NCBI GenBank assembly: GCA_048213135.1
Contig: PS015070.1
Span: forward strand, 94,118-130,639
Direction of reading: 5' to 3'
Source: Reclinomonas americana ATCC 50394
Taxonomy: Eukaryota
DNA: 36,522 bases
A model generated the notes under the pieces. It did no database searches. It had not been told where the DNA came from and saw only the letters and a list, made by a program, of their open reading frames with translations. The translations under genes were made by a program, and so were the position numbers. Below, piece by piece: positions 34,415 to 36,522 of the stretch. How positions within the stretch are numbered: position 1 is the first letter of the stretch; the number at the start of each line of letters is the position of its first letter.

Positions 34415-36522
34415 GGAGGGGGAGGGGGGGAGGGGGGGAGGGACGAGTAGTAGTAGTAGTAGAGAGAGACGACGTACTACTACTACACAACGACGACACG
34501 TACGACGACCGAACCAACAACCAACAACAACGAAGAGAGNNNNNNNNNNNNNNNNNNNNNNNNNNNNNNNNNNNNNNNNNNNNNNNNNNNNNNNNNNNNN
34601 NNNNNNNNNNNNNNNNNNNNNNNNNNNNNNNNNNNNNNNNNNNNNNNNNNNNNNNNNNNNNNNNNNNNNNNNNNNNNNNNNNNNNNNNNNNNNNNNNNNN
34701 NNNNNNNNNNNNNNNNNNNNNNNNNNNNNNNNNNNNNNNNNNNNNNNNNNNNNNNNNNNNNNNNNNNNNNNNNNNNNNNNNNNNNNNNNNNNNNNNNNNN
34801 NNNNNNNNNNNNNNNNNNNNNNNNNNNNNNNNNNNNNNNNNNNNNNNNNNNNNNNNNNNNNNNNNNNNNNNNNNNNNNNNNNNNNNNNNNNNNNNNNNNN
34901 NNNNNNNNNNNNNNNNNNNNNNNNNNNNNNNNNNNNNNNNNNNNNCTCTCTCTCTTCCCCCCTCACCCCCCTTCCAGCAACTACCGCGACACGAGTGGTG
35001 GATGACCGAGTTGTCGCCACTCCCCATGCCCGATCAGCCGCTCTTTGCCGCATTCCTCGACACACACCGCGATTGGGCCGCCGACATGCATCGCCTGTTT
35101 GGTGTGGAGCCACCGCCACCAGCCCGCACGGCAGCCGCCGCTCCCACGGCTCCACCAGCGCCCACTCCCGCGGCAACGGCGGCGGCATCGGTCGCGCGCA
35201 AGCCAACTGCGGCCGCGAGTGGCTCTGGTCGCGACCTGTCCATTCGCAGTTGCGTGGGTGCATGGTGCCGCGCATCGCACAACGCTTACCAATCATTCTC
35301 ACGCGCCGCAGAGAGCAACATGCTCACACGATTGTCACAAATCGTCCGCACCAACATCACCAAGAGGGCGGAAAACGCCAACTACCGACGCAGCATCGTC
35401 ACCCTTGGTGCGTTGTCGAGAGTGTGCCGCGCTGGCCTCACCTCGCTCTTCTCATTCCACGAACGCGCAGCCGAGGCTGGGGTGGCACCGGACGAGGAAA
35501 GCGATGTGCTCGATGCGGGCGACATCGTCGTCTCCAATCCCGACATGGAAATGATGTTTTCCGACGAAGCGCGCGACGACGAGGCCGGGGGTGCCATTAC
35601 ACCGGTAATGCGCACATCGTGCTGTGATCATCACTCACCAGCATTTGTCTAATCGCCCTTGCTGCTGTTGCCGCAGGACGCCGTGCCCAGTGAGATCGAG
35701 GATTCGGAGTCGCCGGGACTGGCCGCCGAATCCACGTCAGAGGACGACATTCCGGAGGAGATCGAGGAGAGCGGTGCGTGTGTTTGCACCCTCACATGCT
35801 TGTTTTTCTCTGCTTAGCTGATGACCGTCGTCATGGCACAGCTCCAGAAGAGCAGTACGAGATTTCGGGCGAGGAGAGCAGCGGGGCGGAGGGCTCCGGG
35901 GCTGCTCGACCACACACTGCGCCGGTCAAGTTTGCCCGCGATGTTGCCGAGGTATGTTGCATGTTCATGCATCTGCAGAGTTGTCTCCTCTCTTCTCCCT
36001 TCTCCTTCTCTGTCTCCCTTCTCCCTCTCACTCGCTCTCCGTCTCTCCAGGAACCCCGTCCTGTCACCGCCTTCCCGTGGCTCGAGGGCAGCCGTTACAC
36101 CGGACCGAACGTGGAGCACGTTTCGTCGACTCTGCGTGTGGCGCCCTGCGTCAGTTTCGTCTCACTCGTTTTTCTCTTCTCCTCTGCCACAGTTGCTGTT
36201 CCACCAGTCCGACAACTTTGTCAAGCCTATCATCATGAATCCACGCATCGAAAAGATCACACCACCGACTTATGAGAGGCGGTCTGTGTCGTGCTGTTGT
36301 TCATTGCCTGTCTCGTTTTTTCGTGCTCATTGTCGACGAGCAGAGCCATCCCGTTCACGCCGCTGTCGCTGAATGACATGCTGGCTCTCAACCAGCACGA
36401 TCTGGAGAGTTTCCTCACCCTCATCTACAAGACAGTGGGTGGCAGCTCGGAGCTGGCCCAAAAACTGAACACACTGAGGTATATGCGCTCATGTTATTGC
36501 TGTGTGACCCATGGGAGGTGAC
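30171..36522 (+). CDS. ULK4: ULK4/RUNKEL-family pseudokinase, 5' part (gapped; continues beyond window end)
   Basis: Exons 30171-30207, 30646-30746, 30823-31013, 31555-31687 and 31759-31865 give MNQFQIVEQVGQGKFSTVYKGRKKQTIEYVGIRSVEK...WYETNNHLWLIVEFC...QDERLPESTV...GTPCYMSPELF...HSFASDFWALGCVL. After the gaps come RLSQIVRTNI...NYRR, PDMEMMF, LLFHQSDNFVKPI and KLNTLRY, matching ULK4/RUNKEL post-kinase blocks as I recall them. Confidence 0.92.
30280..30605. repeat. (GA)n, (GT)n and (CT)n microsatellites in ULK4 intron 1
   Basis: Directly visible tracts, including (CT)n at about 30565-30603. Confidence 0.9.
31125..31355 (+). repeat. Roughly 65-70 bp minisatellite, about 3 copies, in ULK4 intron 3
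   Basis: Repeated ACTCCCTCCGCTGGT(T)CTCCTT...GCACTCTT.GTGTGTCGCTCTCT.TGTGCGTGCG.ATTC.TGTGT units. Confidence 0.8.
32670..34539 (-). other. Inverted near-identical copy of ULK4 exons 2-5 (probably a mis-scaffolded allelic contig)
   Basis: Same exon translations as 30646-31865 on the opposite strand. The coding differences I saw are synonymous (GTG/GTT, CGG/CGA, ACT CTT/ACC CTC). Flanked by N gaps on both sides. Confidence 0.85.

Overview
Intron-rich eukaryotic DNA, probably from a protist and probably diploid, in a gapped draft assembly. I traced the exons by hand. Left to right: (1) the 5' part of a PH-domain gene (minus); (2) a four-domain voltage-gated cation channel with an EEEE filter (minus, about 1076-10060); (3) a low-complexity Pro/Ser/Gln-rich gene whose middle contigs appear scaffolded in reverse; (4) a secreted or lysosomal acid lipase (minus, 15384-18829); (5) a large multi-pass membrane protein with TmcB-like helical regions, three PAS domains and one class III nucleotide-cyclase domain (plus, about 20200-29617); (6) a ULK4/RUNKEL pseudokinase (plus, 30171 to the window end) interrupted by an inverted near-identical copy that is probably an allele. 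The strongest unexplained signal is in the splicing code. Besides ordinary GTG(C/A)G donors, 20 traced introns in five genes begin with a one-base-longer donor, GTTG(C/A)G. These mostly lack an exonic -1 G and are skewed to phases 1 and 2, suggesting an unusually abundant shifted or bulged class of 5' splice site. Other points of interest are a cyclase domain lacking both metal-binding Asp residues coupled to a FixL-like heme-PAS, 10-16 nt micro-exons, a GC-AG intron and a 29-bp frameshifting duplication. All gene models lack transcript support, and family assignments rest on remembered motifs.
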